From assembly GCA_964016885.1 (NCBI GenBank), contig OZ024743.1:38192001-38256000 (forward strand): 64,000 bases of DNA, written 5' to 3'. Source of the stretch: Eledone cirrhosa. Taxonomy: Eukaryota. The notes below the pieces were generated by a model that saw nothing but the letters and a program-made list of their open reading frames with translations, was not told the DNA's origin and did not search any database. Below are positions 41,576-55,068 of the stretch, piece after piece (within the stretch, counting starts at the first letter, position 1; the number at the start of each line of letters is the position of its first letter). The translations under genes were made by a program, and so were the position numbers.

Positions 41576-41646
41576 TATTTTATCTGATGAGAACGCATAT
41601 ATCGTCCCAGGCTGATATTGGTTTTTGAAATGCGCATAATAAAATA
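41576..41646 (+). ncRNA. Type I hammerhead ribozyme
   Basis: tattttat-CTGATGA-36 nt-GAAA-tgcgca-TA-ataaaata. Stem I is a perfect 8 bp; stem III is palindromic. Confidence 0.8.
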
Positions 41647-41676
41647 CATGGAACATTTTTAACCATCTTTTAATTT

Positions 41677-41715
<39 letters not shown>

Positions 41716-42486
41716 AAATGTGTGTAATCCTTGGTACAGTTAGGTATATTAAGACAGGGGGAAGAAAAAAATGGCTTCACTTGTGCTTTCAACAAATTTA
41801 TTTTCTTCACAAAATCCCAAAAGAATTTTTTTCCGGATTAGAAAAAAATTTTTCTTAAAAGATTTTTTTTATAAATTAAGTTGTTGGTTGTTGGATTAGG
41901 TCTTAGGAGTTCTTGGTTAACGTAGGAGGTATTGTTTCGTTTTTAGAAAGACCTTTCACGCTGAGGTGCGCTTTTCAAACTGATGTGTATGTGGTGTGTT
42001 GTTCTATATATAGGGATTTAACATGTCTGTGGTGTGGTGGGGTTTTTTTCTCCCCCTTTAATAAGTGTAGGGGTGTAGGTGTGTTGAAAAAGTGTTAATA
42101 GCAGTAATGAGTTGAGACAGTGAGTAGGGTTGGGTGGGAGAAATGTAGCAAGTGCGGCCTGCCCCGGTCATTCTCGAAAAATTCCTTTATTCAGGGGAAA
42201 AAGCTTTTAGTATTCCTTTGTGTTGAGAATGGTCATAGGCAAACCGCACCTGCCAAGCTTGTAAACAATTACATTTTTCTGAAGAATTTGTCTACGTCCA
42301 TCCCAAAATTAGTCCTTTGTTCAACACACACATATGTGCGAATATACGTACATACACACACGGGCATATGTAGGGTTATATAGGCACACACCATCAATCA
42401 CACACCCATGTACATATACATCCACATACATACATAAAAACATATAAAGACACATATAAAAACACATATAGACATACGTACACACA

Positions 42487-42545
<59 letters not shown>

Positions 42546-42589
42546 CTATTTATAGTTATGTATATACTATAAACAACTATAAACAGGAA

Positions 42590-44357
42590 AGGTCAGTAAT
42601 TTCCTACTACCTTATTACCAGTAAGAGAAATAGCTCAAATAAATAAATAAATTAGATAATTATCAAAGTTGTGTTCAAATCATATAATAGCTGACAAACG
42701 TGGTAACTTTATGTTTAATTCTAACACTTATTGCAGAGTATAAGGTTAGAGATAAATAGGACTTGTGTAGAGGAAATAGCTTATCAAAGAGTGTGTGGCT
42801 TTGGGGGATGATAAGTCCTAGATGCGAAGTGTTAATGGTGGTGAGGAATTCAAATCTGACATTGTTATATACTAACAGCTAGGTTTAAAGTTATGGACCG
42901 AGTGATGGTATCAGTGTTGGCACGAGGAAAAAACATCTGACTTTCTATTAAGGAGGTCTAGTTTCGAAAAGAGTATAGTATGGTTCTCTAGAAGACAGAG
43001 ATTACACTATTTATTCGGTTGTTTATACGATGAGGCCCTACCTACTACTTCCCATTGCGTGTAAATGGTCTATTCCTAGTTTTCAGAGAGTGTACGTAGC
43101 TAGATAAAGTAGTGGAGTTGGCTAGATTGTGTTTTTTAAAAGAGTTCAGGTGCAAGTTGTATCTCGTCTTGAAGCTGTTCGAAGTAGAGCCGACATATGT
43201 TTTAGAAGAATTGTTTGCGTTGACGGTGCATGAGTAATTGATGTCTTTGGTTAAGCAATTATTACCTAAAGGGCAAGTTCTATTAGTTTTACAGTTACAT
43301 TTATTATGGATGTTTGCTTGCCGGTTACTATGTTGTGAAGAAGTCTGGTTGCTAGGGATAGCACTAGGGTAATGATGTCTGTCATTCGTATTGTTATTTC
43401 ATTAGTGCTATTATCATTATTACTATTATTACTACTATGGTTTACCGGTACTAAGCTTACCACCTGTTGTGTTTTAATTAGTTGGAAATAATTATTAATC
43501 TTCCTTTTATTACTACTAGCTATATGGTATGATATGTTAGGTGTGGTAGCGTACGAGATTTTAATCGTATTTTTATTGATACGATTATGGTACTTGTGGC
43601 TGGATAGGAAGTTTTTTTCTAAGATTGAGAAGAAAGCGTTAGGCAAGTTGGTAGAGACGTTTAGATTGAAAGGGGGATTGAAGAATGTATTAGTTCTTCT
43701 ATTTTTGTTTTTAGTAATTTTTTTTGAGGTATTTGTATCCCTGTTTATATTATCATCGTGGTGATTACTGTGGTGCGAGTTAAGTTTGGTATTACCATTC
43801 GTCTTAGAGATATAGTGGCTAGTACTTTTATTATTTTTCCTCATGGCAATATTATGAGAAAAATGTTGTAACTATGTAATTTTATAGGTAGGAATTCAAT
43901 CCCATTCTTATGTCCTGAATTAGCTCAGGCCTCATTATAGTATTGTGAATTATTGTTAAATATGGTTTCATTATATGATAGATTAGAGATTCTATTAGAT
44001 ATTCCTTTAGCATTTGAGTTTAATATGGATTTGGTGTGGTTAGAGTTGGTATTCACATGAATTAGTTTTTCGTTAAGTTTATGAAAGGGTGTGTATATTT
44101 CAGAGTCTAGGCAAAGGGTAGCATCAAGGAAGTTAACGTTTTTAGTGTTTTTATTGTTTTTATTGTTTTTATCTAAAGTGATACTTAAGTTGCTCACAAC
44201 ATCAATATATATGTATCTATATTATTGTTTAATAGGAGGTTAATTACATGTACAAACATTGATAATACTCCGATGAAATCAAACAAGAGTTTGGAAGAAA
44301 CGATTGGCAGCTATTAAATGATTTGAACACAACTTTGATAATTGTCTAATTTATTTA
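42590..44357 (-). mobile_element. Truncated Penelope-like element (RT C-terminus, linker, GIY-YIG) with inverted pLTR piece
   Basis: VNFLDATLCL..YTPFHK..SNH; FFNPPFNLNVSTN..INKNTIKISYATTPNI; CPLGNNCL..YVGSTSNSFKTRYNLHLNSF. 42637-42700 is the inverse of 44301-44357. Confidence 0.85.
44264..44315 (+). ncRNA. Decayed hammerhead ribozyme
   Basis: aatact-CCGATGA-tcaaac/gtttgg hairpin-GAAA-cgattg-GC-agctatt; the inverted sister copy retains GTC. Confidence 0.5.
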
Positions 44358-44385
44358 TATATATATATATATACATATATGTGTG

Positions 44386-44972
44386 CTACTGGTAACATGT
44401 ATTCCAGTACAACCTGTCCCATGGTCGGGTCGTTGGCGACTAAACTGGCAACCCCACCAAGGTTTCTTGGTGAGGAGGGTGACTTTGGACATCCTGCAGG
44501 ACTAAAAAAAAAACCTGTCAAAGGGCAAAGGAGCTCTTAAGAGTCAATGGCCATCCAAAATCACCGGGAGAGATGACCGCTTAGCCTTTGTCAAGGCAGA
44601 ATTCTAGGAGAAGGAAAACTCTGATATAACACCTGCAACCCTGATGGTATCCAATGATGTTGAATTGTTCTTCTTTTTGGTAAATATCATCTTGGTTAAG
44701 AGAGTGGGACTGGCTTTGTGCAGTGCCTTTGCTCACTATAAAAACTTAACGGCACAGGCATTGCTTTATATCTGGAGATGTCTCTGCACTTGTCGTCACA
44801 TGGTACCATGGGCCGAGCACTATGTGTCAATAATTGTCACAAGTGTAGTGTTTGTACCAGAGTTTTCAAGTCGCTAACTGGACTAAAAAGTCACACTCGT
44901 TCAGCGCATCGGTAGGGGTTCTCCTACATGGATATAAAGTAGTGGCCGTACTCGAAAACGAGTAGGCAGCCA

Positions 44973-44975
<3 letters not shown>
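44386..44975 (+). mobile_element. Bipartite (5' plus 3') non-autonomous RTE-like element
   Basis: RTE-like 5' UTR segment (ctaggagaaggaaaactctga) joined to a terminal C2H2 finger CSVCTRVFKSLTGLKSHTRSAHR* and a 3' hairpin tactcg aaaa cgagta. (TA)n flanks. Confidence 0.6.
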
Positions 44976-45032
<57 letters not shown>

Positions 45033-45087
45033 GTGGAAAAGTAACAAATCGGAGAACAGACCGTTAATACATGTTTATTGAAAACAG

Positions 45088-45127
45088 CACCTACGTACGT
45101 TTCGCCCGAATGGGCTTCTCAAGGGCA
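45088..45127 (-). ncRNA. Minimal hammerhead ribozyme, U3:A8 core
   Basis: Reverse complement: tgccc-TTGAGAA-gccc attc gggc-GAAA-cgtacg-TA-ggtg. Confidence 0.65.
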
Positions 45128-45465
45128 TAAATAACAGAAAGTTTTCTTTACACGGCTCGGAAAGTATTTTTGGAGGTAAGTGTTTTGATTTTGCAGTAGG
45201 TCAAGGGAGGTAACTCTGGCGGGTGTTAGGGCAGTCTTTCCCGGCCAAATTTTTTATCTGTTATAAGATGTGGTTACACCCTAACCATTGTCGATACCTA
45301 CAGGGTCAGGTAAGCAAAGTTTGTTTTGAGACGTTTGTTTTTCTGCACCTGCCCGCCTGGGTTATTTGAAGCTGGGTCTGGGATGCATGGGTAGTTTCCG
45401 GATGTGTTTGCAGCGCCTGCTCACCGGGATGTTAAAGCTTGTTGCAGGGAGACCCGGTATACGGT

Positions 45466-46286
45466 TCAATCCTCATCCTTATCCCATCTGAAGAAGGATA
45501 TTTTTAAGCGATGTGTAGAGCTTATCCTCGTTTTAGCTCTGCTGTTGATGAGCTCGTGGGGTGCAGTTATGTTGTGGTAGAGCTCCATGAGGCAAATATC
45601 GCACTTCCTCCTGACGTTGTACGATGTAGCCGTGCCGACAATATCCCAGTGCGTGGAGAATCTGAGGTTTAAGACTTTTAATGATGTGATGTAGTTCGCG
45701 AGCGAAGTGGCGTGTCTTAATTTCTTATTTGTGAAAGAGTGGAGATGTGTTCGAAAACTAATTTTGAACGGGCCAGAGGTAACCCCTATATAATGTTTAA
45801 CGCTATTGTGACTAGTTACAGTGCATCTATAGATCACCCTATCAGTCACGCAGTATCCCCTGAGGTGGCAGCGTCCCCTGTCGCGGCAGATGCAATTTCT
45901 GTCGCCGTCACTTCTAATTCCCACGGTAAGGCTATCATTATTGCTATCTACGTTGTTATCTACGCTCCCGCACCTGTCGTTAGCACCATTATAACCCACT
46001 GTGCGCGGGGTGGTACCATATTATCCGCACGTCATGTCCTGCATGTTCCTCAGTCAGGTCGCGGTTATGCTGGTTGCGTCTGTAGAGGCTGTTGCCAGCA
46101 CTAGTGGATGCTGCTAGGGAGTCATTAAGGCCGATATAATTATTGTCAGGTGTAGGTGCGTCTGTGCTAAGGTGCTGCGTCTTGGTGATCTTACTGTGGT
46201 TCGTTGTTCCTATGATGTCTGCTAGGTTAGGAGTAGTAGAGAAGGATATTTTTATATTGTTCCTATTAAGGATTTTTCTATACCTA
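45466..46286 (-). pseudogene. PLE ORF 3' part: Cys linker plus GIY-YIG endonuclease
   Basis: NCICRDRGRCHLRGYC..VIYRCTV..HYIGVTSGPFK..HLHSF..ATSLANYI..WDIV..KCDICLME; frameshift near 45990. Confidence 0.85.
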
Positions 46287-46842
46287 TGGGATATTGTCGG
46301 CAGGGCTACACCGTACAATTTCAAGAGGAAGTGCGATCTTTGCCTCATGGAGCTCTACCACATCATAACTGCACCCCACGAGCGCATCAACAGCAGAGCT
46401 GAAACGACGATAAGCTGTACACATCGCTTAAACATATCCTTCTTCAGATGGGATAATGATGAGGAGTGAAACCGTATACCGAGTCTCCCTGTAACAAGCT
46501 TTAACACTCCGGCAGGCAGGCACTGAAAAAACATCCGGAAACTAACCATGCATCCCCGACCCACCTTCAAATGTCCCAGGCGGGCAGGTGCAGGCAAAAC
46601 AAACGTCTCAAAATAAACGTTGCTTACCTGACCCTGTGCGTATCGACAATTGTAAGGTTGTAATCACATCTTATAATGGATAAAAAATGTGTCCGGGAAA
46701 GACTGCCCTAACACCGGCCAGAATTACGTATATTGACCTACTGCAAAATCAAAACACGCTTTTTTGCGAAGAATGAACTCTGAGGTGAACTTACCTCCAA
46801 AAACACTTTCCGGGCCGTGTAAGGAACACGTTTAGTTATTTA

Positions 46843-46882
46843 TGCCCTTGAGAAGCCCATCCGGGCGAAACGTACGTAGGTA
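46843..46882 (+). ncRNA. Minimal hammerhead ribozyme, U3:A8 core
   Basis: tgccc-TTGAGAA-gccc atcc gggc-GAAA-cgtacg-TA-ggta. Confidence 0.7.
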
Positions 46883-47096
46883 ATGTTTTAAATAAACATG
46901 TATTAACTGTCTGTTCTCCGATTTTTTACTTTTCCATGTGCTTACGCTCTGCTAACTCTCTCGCCCACTAAATATTAACACTTCTAATATTTAATACTGC
47001 CGGCACTAGTATTGGGCACCTTCTGCATACGCTATTTGGCAAATAATTACATGTATCACATATCCCCCCTTTTTTCTCTCTCTCGATACTATATTA

Positions 47097-47132
<36 letters not shown>

Positions 47133-47280
47133 TAAAATAACTTTAATCTGTTATTTTAATAAATATATTTTTATAAATAATATTTTAATAAATATTTGCT
47201 CTAGGGTTCTTATATAATTGATATATATTTATCCTTATCGAGCCATCTTTGGATTTTAGTCTTCACATTTATTATTATTA

Positions 47281-49610
47281 TAGTTGCATTTATCTTGCTT
47301 TATGTTTATACGAGTTATCACCACGTCACAACCAGTGACCTCAAGAGACAACAAGGTCCGCCATGTTCAAGAAAGAACATACATACTCACACATGCATCT
47401 TTAGGTGTTTTGACTTGTGATGTACTTATATTGACAGAATCTTCCTTAGTATATGGGCAGTTCCCATTAGTACTATCTTTTTTTATTTCTCCTATACGCG
47501 GGTTTCCTGGGATTTGCGATAAGTAATCATTAGACCCCTTAGGTGTCATTCCTAGACCGCCTACAACCACTGGTATTGTTTTACTTCTCAATTTCCATAT
47601 TTTTCCAATTTCTATCGCCAGGTCCTTATACTTGCTCAATTTTTCAAATGTTTTTATAGATACATTCTTGTCTATTGGAACGCACATGTCAATTAGCAGG
47701 CATACCCTCTTTTAAAAGTCCTTCAGTATTATATCAGGACTATTTGCATCTATTTTTGGTCTGTTTGGATGCTAAAGTTCCACAATATTGAGATGTGATC
47801 TTTTACAAGTAAGGGAGGTGGTTGATGCTCCCACCAATACTTTTGATGGGGTAGGTCAATATGCTTACACATTATCCAATGTATGTATTGTGCAGCTCTG
47901 TCATGCCTGTTTAGCTATTCGGTTGGAGCTATAGGACTTCACATTGAAATTATATGATCAATGGTCTCTGGTTGTTCTTTTACATACACGACCATAATGG
48001 GTTGCATCCATTTTTTATTATGTTGGCTTGGTAATTTTTTGTTGGCAGAGACTGATCTTGTGCTGATATAATCAGTCCTTCAGTCTCCGATTTCAGTCCA
48101 GCGGATGCCAACCACTGATGGGTTAAAGTTTTGTCAACATCAGGATTGTTAGCTCTTTCTGGGTATTTTCCATACAGAGGCTTTTCTTGCCATTTCTTAG
48201 GCAGTTTCTGTAGCAGTTCTTTCTTTGAAGTTACTTTTACTTTCTTTGCTTTTTTATGTGTTTTACATTTGAGCAGTAAATTGGACTTCTGAAATGTGTA
48301 GTCCATTACTGTATCATTGTGCATATTTTGTAATTGAGTATGATCTTTTGATGCTTTCGTGTTTCAAAACGCGTTTGATCATCCAATCATGTGATTCCCT
48401 TAGATATGTAGATAATCCATATTGTTGCAGTTTTCAACGCAATATCTAACTGGATTAACCCACGTGCCCCTCCTTTCCTAGGTAGTATATTCTATCAGTA
48501 TCCCTTGGGGTGATGTATTCTGTGCATGGCTAAGAATTTTCTAATTTTTGTATCGAGCCTACGGATCTCTGTGCTTGACCAGTTGATGACATTGTAACTG
48601 TAGGTTGCTACTGGTATGGCAAGCGTGTTTATGACATCGATCCTATTCCTTGCATTCAATTCCGTTCTTAAGATTGCTCTTACTCTGCGGTAACATTCTT
48701 TCCTTATCTAATGCTTCATTGTCGAGGGCTTGATTCCGTCTTCTTCACAAACACCTACATAGTTGTAAGTTTCCTCTTGATTTAGTTCTCTTATCACATT
48801 CTCCCGATCAAGATTAATGTCTGAACTTTTCAGCAGCTTTCCTCTGGTGAACGTTGCTTTGGCGCATTTATCTAGTCCAAACTCCATTTTAATGTCATCA
48901 CTGAACTGCTCCACATTGGATAATAGCCCTTGGAATTGTTCATCATTTTTTGAAACAGTTTCAGGTCATCCATGTAGAACAAGTGAATAATGGTTTTGTC
49001 ATAGACTTTATATCCATGTTCTGTTTCATTGAGCATTTTACTTAATGGTATAAGTGCGATGCAGAATAAAAGCGGTGATAAAGAGTCACCCTGAAAAATT
49101 CCAGAATTAATATTATCTTCTCCAGCTTCTAGTCATTTTTTTTCACTATTCGAAAAGGAGTGTCGTTTTTCCAGTTCTTCATACTGAATGACAGGAACCT
49201 CCTGACAACGGGAGATATTTTGAAAATTTCTAAACATTTTTCAATCCAACTGTGTGGCAAACTATCGAATGCTTGTTTATAATCTATCCAAGCAATTGAT
49301 AGATTTTTATTGTCTATTTTGACAATCTTTCAGTATCATTTTGTTAACCAAAATCTGATCCTTACAGCCATATGAGCCTCGTTTACACCCTTTTTGCTCA
49401 TTGGGAAATAGATCATTTGTTATCAGGTGGTCATATGTATATTCAGTTAGGACTGATGTTAACATTTTATACATTGTGGTCAAGCAAGTAATCGGTCTGA
49501 AATTTTGGGGATTGTGTGTCTCATCATTCTTCAGAAGCAAGAATGTAATGCCGTTATCTAGTCATGATGGTATCTTTTCTGGCTCCTTAACTATTTCATT
49601 GTAAAGTTGT
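47281..49610 (-). mobile_element. R4/Dong-clade LINE, family A copy 1 (5'-truncated, decayed)
   Basis: NFRPITCLTTMYK..EQKGCKRGSYGCKDQ; FYMDDLK; FSDDIKMEFGLDKCA; RLE-type C-terminus. Bounded by (ATT)n at both ends. Confidence 0.9.
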
Positions 49611-49917
49611 ATTATTATTATTATTACGGGGGAAAAGGTTCGTAGCTTTAAGCTGTTTTAAAGTGTCTCTTTTTGTATTTTCTCGTCATTAACGAAACTT
49701 AAGGTACACATCTTGATTTAAAGAGAGGGATACCTCTCAATATTCGGGCTTTAAGCCCGAATATTCATATTTAATTTTTAAAAACATCGAAAAAAATCGT
49801 TTCCCCACCAAAAAAAAATTATGGAAATGTTCGACCTTTAAAACGGTAAACAACGTTCAGGTCAAAAGTTTAAAGGCAACCACTGTAGATTTCACCACGA
49901 CTACGACGGCTACAGTC

Positions 49918-51745
49918 ATGCCTGTCATCCACTCTACCGAATGTGAAGGCAAAACTAAAAAGCTACCATCACATCCTTCTGCCATAGCAGCAGTATCATC
50001 TGAAAACGACATCACCACCACCGCCACCACCACAACAACAACAACTCAGAGCAATAACGACAATAACACCGACAGCTTCAATGTAAACAAGGATGGCTGT
50101 GGAAACAGCAAGAATGACAACTACAACAATAAGAGCATCAGAAACACCACATTTGCTGCAGCAGCAGCAAAAACAAAGCGCTTATTGAATATTGATATTG
50201 ATATTAGCGATAAAGACGAACAGTTGGCCAAAGCGTGGAGGCTAATTAAACGGGAGAAGTCCTGGGCAAACCTGACCATCCCGGACGAGGAAATAGCGGC
50301 CATGCAAAGGAGGACGGTGCTCTTTCGATGTATTTCGGTGCAGACACGAAAAGTGGAACTTGCGAGCGAAGCAGAGGTAGAGGATGCTTTGGAGTACATC
50401 GGAAGTAACAGAGTACAAAGCAAGAGGCAAACAGTTCGGTAACATCTCGGTACTGTTCAAAACCGAGGCCCTCGCTATTAAGCACTCGTTGACCCCCTGC
50501 AGAACGGAACGCATTATCATGCATCCGTCCTATATGGGTAAAAGGACAGTGAAGGTACGCATTCCCAGCATCCCACCGGGAATGAACATATGGTGGCTGC
50601 TGGGATGCGTAATCGAGGAGGGGACAGACACCACCCTCCTGGACATCAAAAGGACAGAGAGAGAGGACTGGTCCGGAATGGATTTGGAGATTCTTCTCCA
50701 AATGAAACCGGAGGATATGAATAACATCCCAGATTTTGCCCGCCTAATGATTGACGGAAGAAGGCCACGCTGCTTCGTTTGCGGGGAAGCAACGGATCTT
50801 CAAGCCTTCTGCCCTCACCGCAAAAATGCAGGGGGTTGCAAACCCCCTTTGTTGCCAACGCCAGTGTCAGCACGGAAAGCTGCACCGCCACCACCACCAA
50901 AAACAACATCAACAAAAACACGGACACCAACATCAAAAGCAGCCGGATCACCACCAACACCAAAACCAATCCAAGGAGAAAACGAGGAAAGCTCTCCCAC
51001 TCCCCCTACCCCCACCAATTATACACATAGACAAAGCAAAAATAAACGCACACACAGACACAGAGACACTCACAGACACAGACCCTTTGTCTTCCAGCAG
51101 CGAAGATGAAGGAAAACCCAAAAGTGCAAAAAAACAGAGAAAACTCACAAAAAAAAGCCCCAACAAAACACAAAAAATACAGACACCACTAACGCAAACA
51201 CTTCCCCAATAATATCAGCACCATCAGCAACATCGACACCACCTCCACAATCCCCGAAACGCAAACAACCTAAACAAACACAAGTACAAATAAACACACA
51301 AATACCTGAAATTGCAGACACCACACCTACAACAAACACAGACATACCCGAAACAACACCACCAAAACCATCGCCACCACCTTCACCAAAACGAAAACAA
51401 ATAAAACCACACCAACAAAATGTTAAAAACTTCGTGCTTGTCAGAAGGGCCAACGATAAACTGATGGCCCTCTTAGCGCGAAGCGAGGACATTCAAAGAG
51501 AGGGGGAGATTTTTGAAATGAGCACATATTGCGTGCCAGAAGATTTGCTTCTGGTCCGAATGTCACTCAATTCCTTCAAAGAAATTCGAGAGAGATTTCC
51601 TCAAGACGTGGGAAACCCGAATGTGAAACCCACATCAAGACTTTTGAAGGGGTTCCCAAAAGAAACCCCACCAACCATGGGGGTCGAACCACCCGACCTT
51701 CACAAGACCCAGGAAGTAAGTAAACCTTCCCTCTCTCTCTGTTAG
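49918..51745 (+). pseudogene. Tx1 ORF1 (gag-like), frameshifted
   Basis: IDGRRPRCFVCGEATDLQAFCP (decayed CCHC knuckle); Pro/Thr-rich tract. Confidence 0.7.
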
Positions 51746-51754
51746 CTTACCAAT

Positions 51755-54700
51755 ATGGCCATATTAAGAGTAGGAAGTCTAAATGTTCGCGGCCTGGGGT
51801 CATCCTGGAAGCAGGGTCGCCTGCTCAACGACCTCCGGTCGCTGGAAATGGATGTGATTGCCGTAAGCGAGACCAGAATTTCCGACACGCGCGCACTAGC
51901 CCCCATTTTCGACGACTATCAGATCTTCGCATCTGTTAGCAGGCGGGGAATGGGGGGTGGGGTGGCAGTGCTGTTTAGGAAAGGACTGGATCTCGAGGTA
52001 AGGTCGATCTTCCGGGACCCGGACGGTAAGTTGGTGGTCTTGGATGTGAGCAGTAGCGAAGGTGGTGCCTTTAGACTGCTGGCCGTCTACGCCCCTACAG
52101 GGGCCGGCCGACCTGATCTCTTTAGGCGCCTGGAGACCTTTCTGGGTACGTCTCGCCCTTTACTGTTAGCGGGGGACTGGAATGGCATCTTAGACGCACG
52201 CTGGGATTGTGTGGGAGTAGCCGATAGGAGCGGGGGGTGCAAAAGCCTCAAGCACCTACTCAGCCAGTTCCAACTGTCTGACAGGTATCGACCAGATTTC
52301 CCCAATGTGCCAGTATGGACATTGACCATAGAATGGGGTCATCTAGATCGTATATAGACAGAATCTTCATTAGGAAAATAGATAGAAATAGTGTGGGCTG
52401 TCCACTTTTTAAAACGGTCGCCTATTCAGATCACAAATTTGTGATCTGTACGGTCGACCTAAATAAAACGCGTAGGTTAGAACCGGGTTACTGGAAGCTG
52501 AACATGTCATTTCCGGCACGTAAGGCTTACAGGGACCGAGTCAACAAGTTAGTTAAGCAAAAGTTGACAGGGGGGATCATCAACAACAGATGGTTGGGGC
52601 TCTCAAAAGAGAGATTAGAGTAACTTCGATAGAGTTCAGCAAAGAACTAGCGTTAGAGAAAAATAGAAAGGAGGGGGAGCTGGTAGATAAGTATTTGTAG
52701 TGGCATCGCAACTGACGTGCTAGCGGCGAGAATGGCATTAGACCATTTCTTCAATGCCAAACACGAAGGTTGCATTGTCAGAGCTAAGGCGCGTGCGCTG
52801 AGAAACGAGGGAACTAAAGCTGTTCGATGGGCCCGCGTGGAGAAGGCGCAGCGTGGTAATAAAACCACAATTCGGACTTTGGCGGACCGAGACGGACACG
52901 AGATAAGCGATTCCAAGTGGATGTGTGAGGCATTTCGCCAGCACTTTGCTCGGTTGTTCAGGGAGATTGGCGAGTCAGAGAGAGTAGCGGATTTCAGTCC
53001 CTACCTTGACGGCTTGCCGCGCATCTCGACGGTCGACGCTGAGCGCTACGAAAGGCCGATTACTTCAGCCGAAATTCAGGACGCCCTTGTCGGCTGCATG
53101 AGGCGCAATTCACCCGGTTTGGATGGCCTGCCCTACGAGCTTTACGTAAATATGCCAGACTTTTCTCCGAACTCCTCGAAGCACTCTACTGTAACTGGCA
53201 GCAGAATGGGAGTATTCCCAGTTCTGTGAGCAGGGGAGTGGTGACGCTGATAAGGAAAGGCGAGAACAAGAGGGATACATTAGACAACTTCAGGCCCATA
53301 ACTCTGCTCAACACACAGTTTAAGATTTTGGCCAAGGTGTTAGCAAAGAGATTGGCGCTTGTCGTCGAGGATTTGGTTGGGGAAGCGCAAACTTGCGCAA
53401 TCCCAGCCAGGTCCATACACGACAATCTCCACCTCATGCGATACATCATAGAGAGGGTAGGGTGTAAACCTGGCTTCGGTGGGGCACTGATCAATTTAGA
53501 TCAATCGAAAGCATTCGATAGGGTCGACCATCGGTATCTGGAGGTTGTCCTCAAAGCAGCTGGCTTCGGCTCTGTCTTTAGAAGCTGGATCGTTGCAATG
53601 CACAGCGGCACACGCTCGGTGGTCAAGGTTAATGGCCACTTCTCGGAACCATTTCGGCTCTCCCGATCGGTCCGTCAAGGGTGCCCTCTCTCTTCCCTTC
53701 TGTACGTATTGACTCTCGAGCCTTTACTGCAGAAGCTGGAGCTGTTGCAGGGCATCTCGCTCGAACCGGGACGTTGAAAGGCGGTGTCGGCTTATGCGGA
53801 CGACATCACCGTGATGGTGTCGAACACCTCAGAAATCGAGGTGGTCGGCACCTTATTGAAGGAATATGAAAGGTTGACAGGAGCCAAACTTAACCCGCAA
53901 AAGTCGGTGGGCTTGCAGCTCGGAACCTGGAGAAGCAAGCCCATGCCGTCCAACAGCGTCGTGGGGCGCTGGACGGACGGACCAGTAAAGTTGCTCGGGG
54001 TTTGGTTCGGACCAGACTTCCATGTGGAAAAGAATTGGGACGAGGTAACGAGCAGAGTAGCCAGTCTCACCCAAAAATGGGGCGGGAGGCAGCTATCACT
54101 GAAAGGTCGCGCGGAGGTGGCGAATGCGTACATCGCGCCCGTCATCTACTACCGCCTAACCGTCGTGCCTTGCCCCCGTCCGCGGAGGGCTGGGCATGCC
54201 GTGGCTAATGATGCGCAGACATGCGTTGAGGCTGCGACATCTCCAGATATTCTGCCTCAATGCTGAACAGGTGTGGTCGCCGTTTATCAGACGGGCCTTT
54301 CCGCAGCTCATTTCTTTGACTGAACTGCAGTCCTGGGTCAAGAAGAGACCGAGACTGGGTGACTGGCACCTGGAATGTTGCCAGGCACTCACTGCCCTCT
54401 ACCAAGCGGGCAATGCGATCAGTGGAACTTCCACTCTCGAGTTCTATAGAGGATTAGTGGTGGGCAAGTGCGATGACGCACTCGGAGAATCTTTGGTCCT
54501 CGACGAAGTCGAACTGACCAGTCTGTACCGGAGGACTTTTGAGCCGGGGACGATGGACAATTTTCAGAAATCCCTCGCTTGGCAGTGCTACCGGGGGGCA
54601 CTGCCGGTTCGAGGTAAACTCTACAGTCACGGGAGTGCTGTCAGACGGACCTGCACAAGATGCGTACAGAACGACGAAACCGTTCTGCACGCACTTGTCC

Positions 54701-55068
54701 AATGTCCGTACATTACTGACTTGTGGAGTTATGTCGAACGGCTACTGTCGCGTGTGGAACGAATCCGGCTATCGGCCGAGTCCATAGTGAAGATCGAGCC
54801 GCCACCTTCCTTAGGTCAGGAAGAGCAAGACATTTTCCTCTGTCTGGTGGCAGTTGCGAAAGAAATTATATGGTGGACCAGGTTGAAAGGACTAAAGAGA
54901 GACACTTTTCTCTTCGGCCAATTCCTCATCAACTTCTTCAAGTTTCACCTGGAAAGGAGGGTAAGGGTGGAGAGAGAAGTGCTGCCCCCCAGTACATTTG
55001 CTAAAAGGTGGGTGAATGTGGCGAGAATGGCTCGTGTAAATGGGCCTACTCTGACCATGCGCCTATAG
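51755..55068 (+). pseudogene. Tx1 ORF2 (APE endonuclease, RT, CCHC), frameshifted
   Basis: SLNVRGL, VSETR, VYAP, AGDWN, YIDRI, SDH; SPGLDGLP, FRPITLLN, DQSKAFDRVDH, RQGCPLS, YADD; CTRC..ETVLHALVQC. Confidence 0.9.

Larger units (their letters stand above)
45031..47090 (-). mobile_element. 5'-truncated Penelope-like element with inverted 3' end/pLTR
   Basis: Arms ~45031-45650 / ~46287-46940; GIY-YIG and linker (ILNRNNIKISFSTTPNL) on the minus strand. Confidence 0.85.

Noticed and set aside
41720-42300. Non-microsatellite block between TA/CA tracts
   Set aside because: Homopolymer-rich and possibly error-prone sequence; no protein or RNA motif could be supported.
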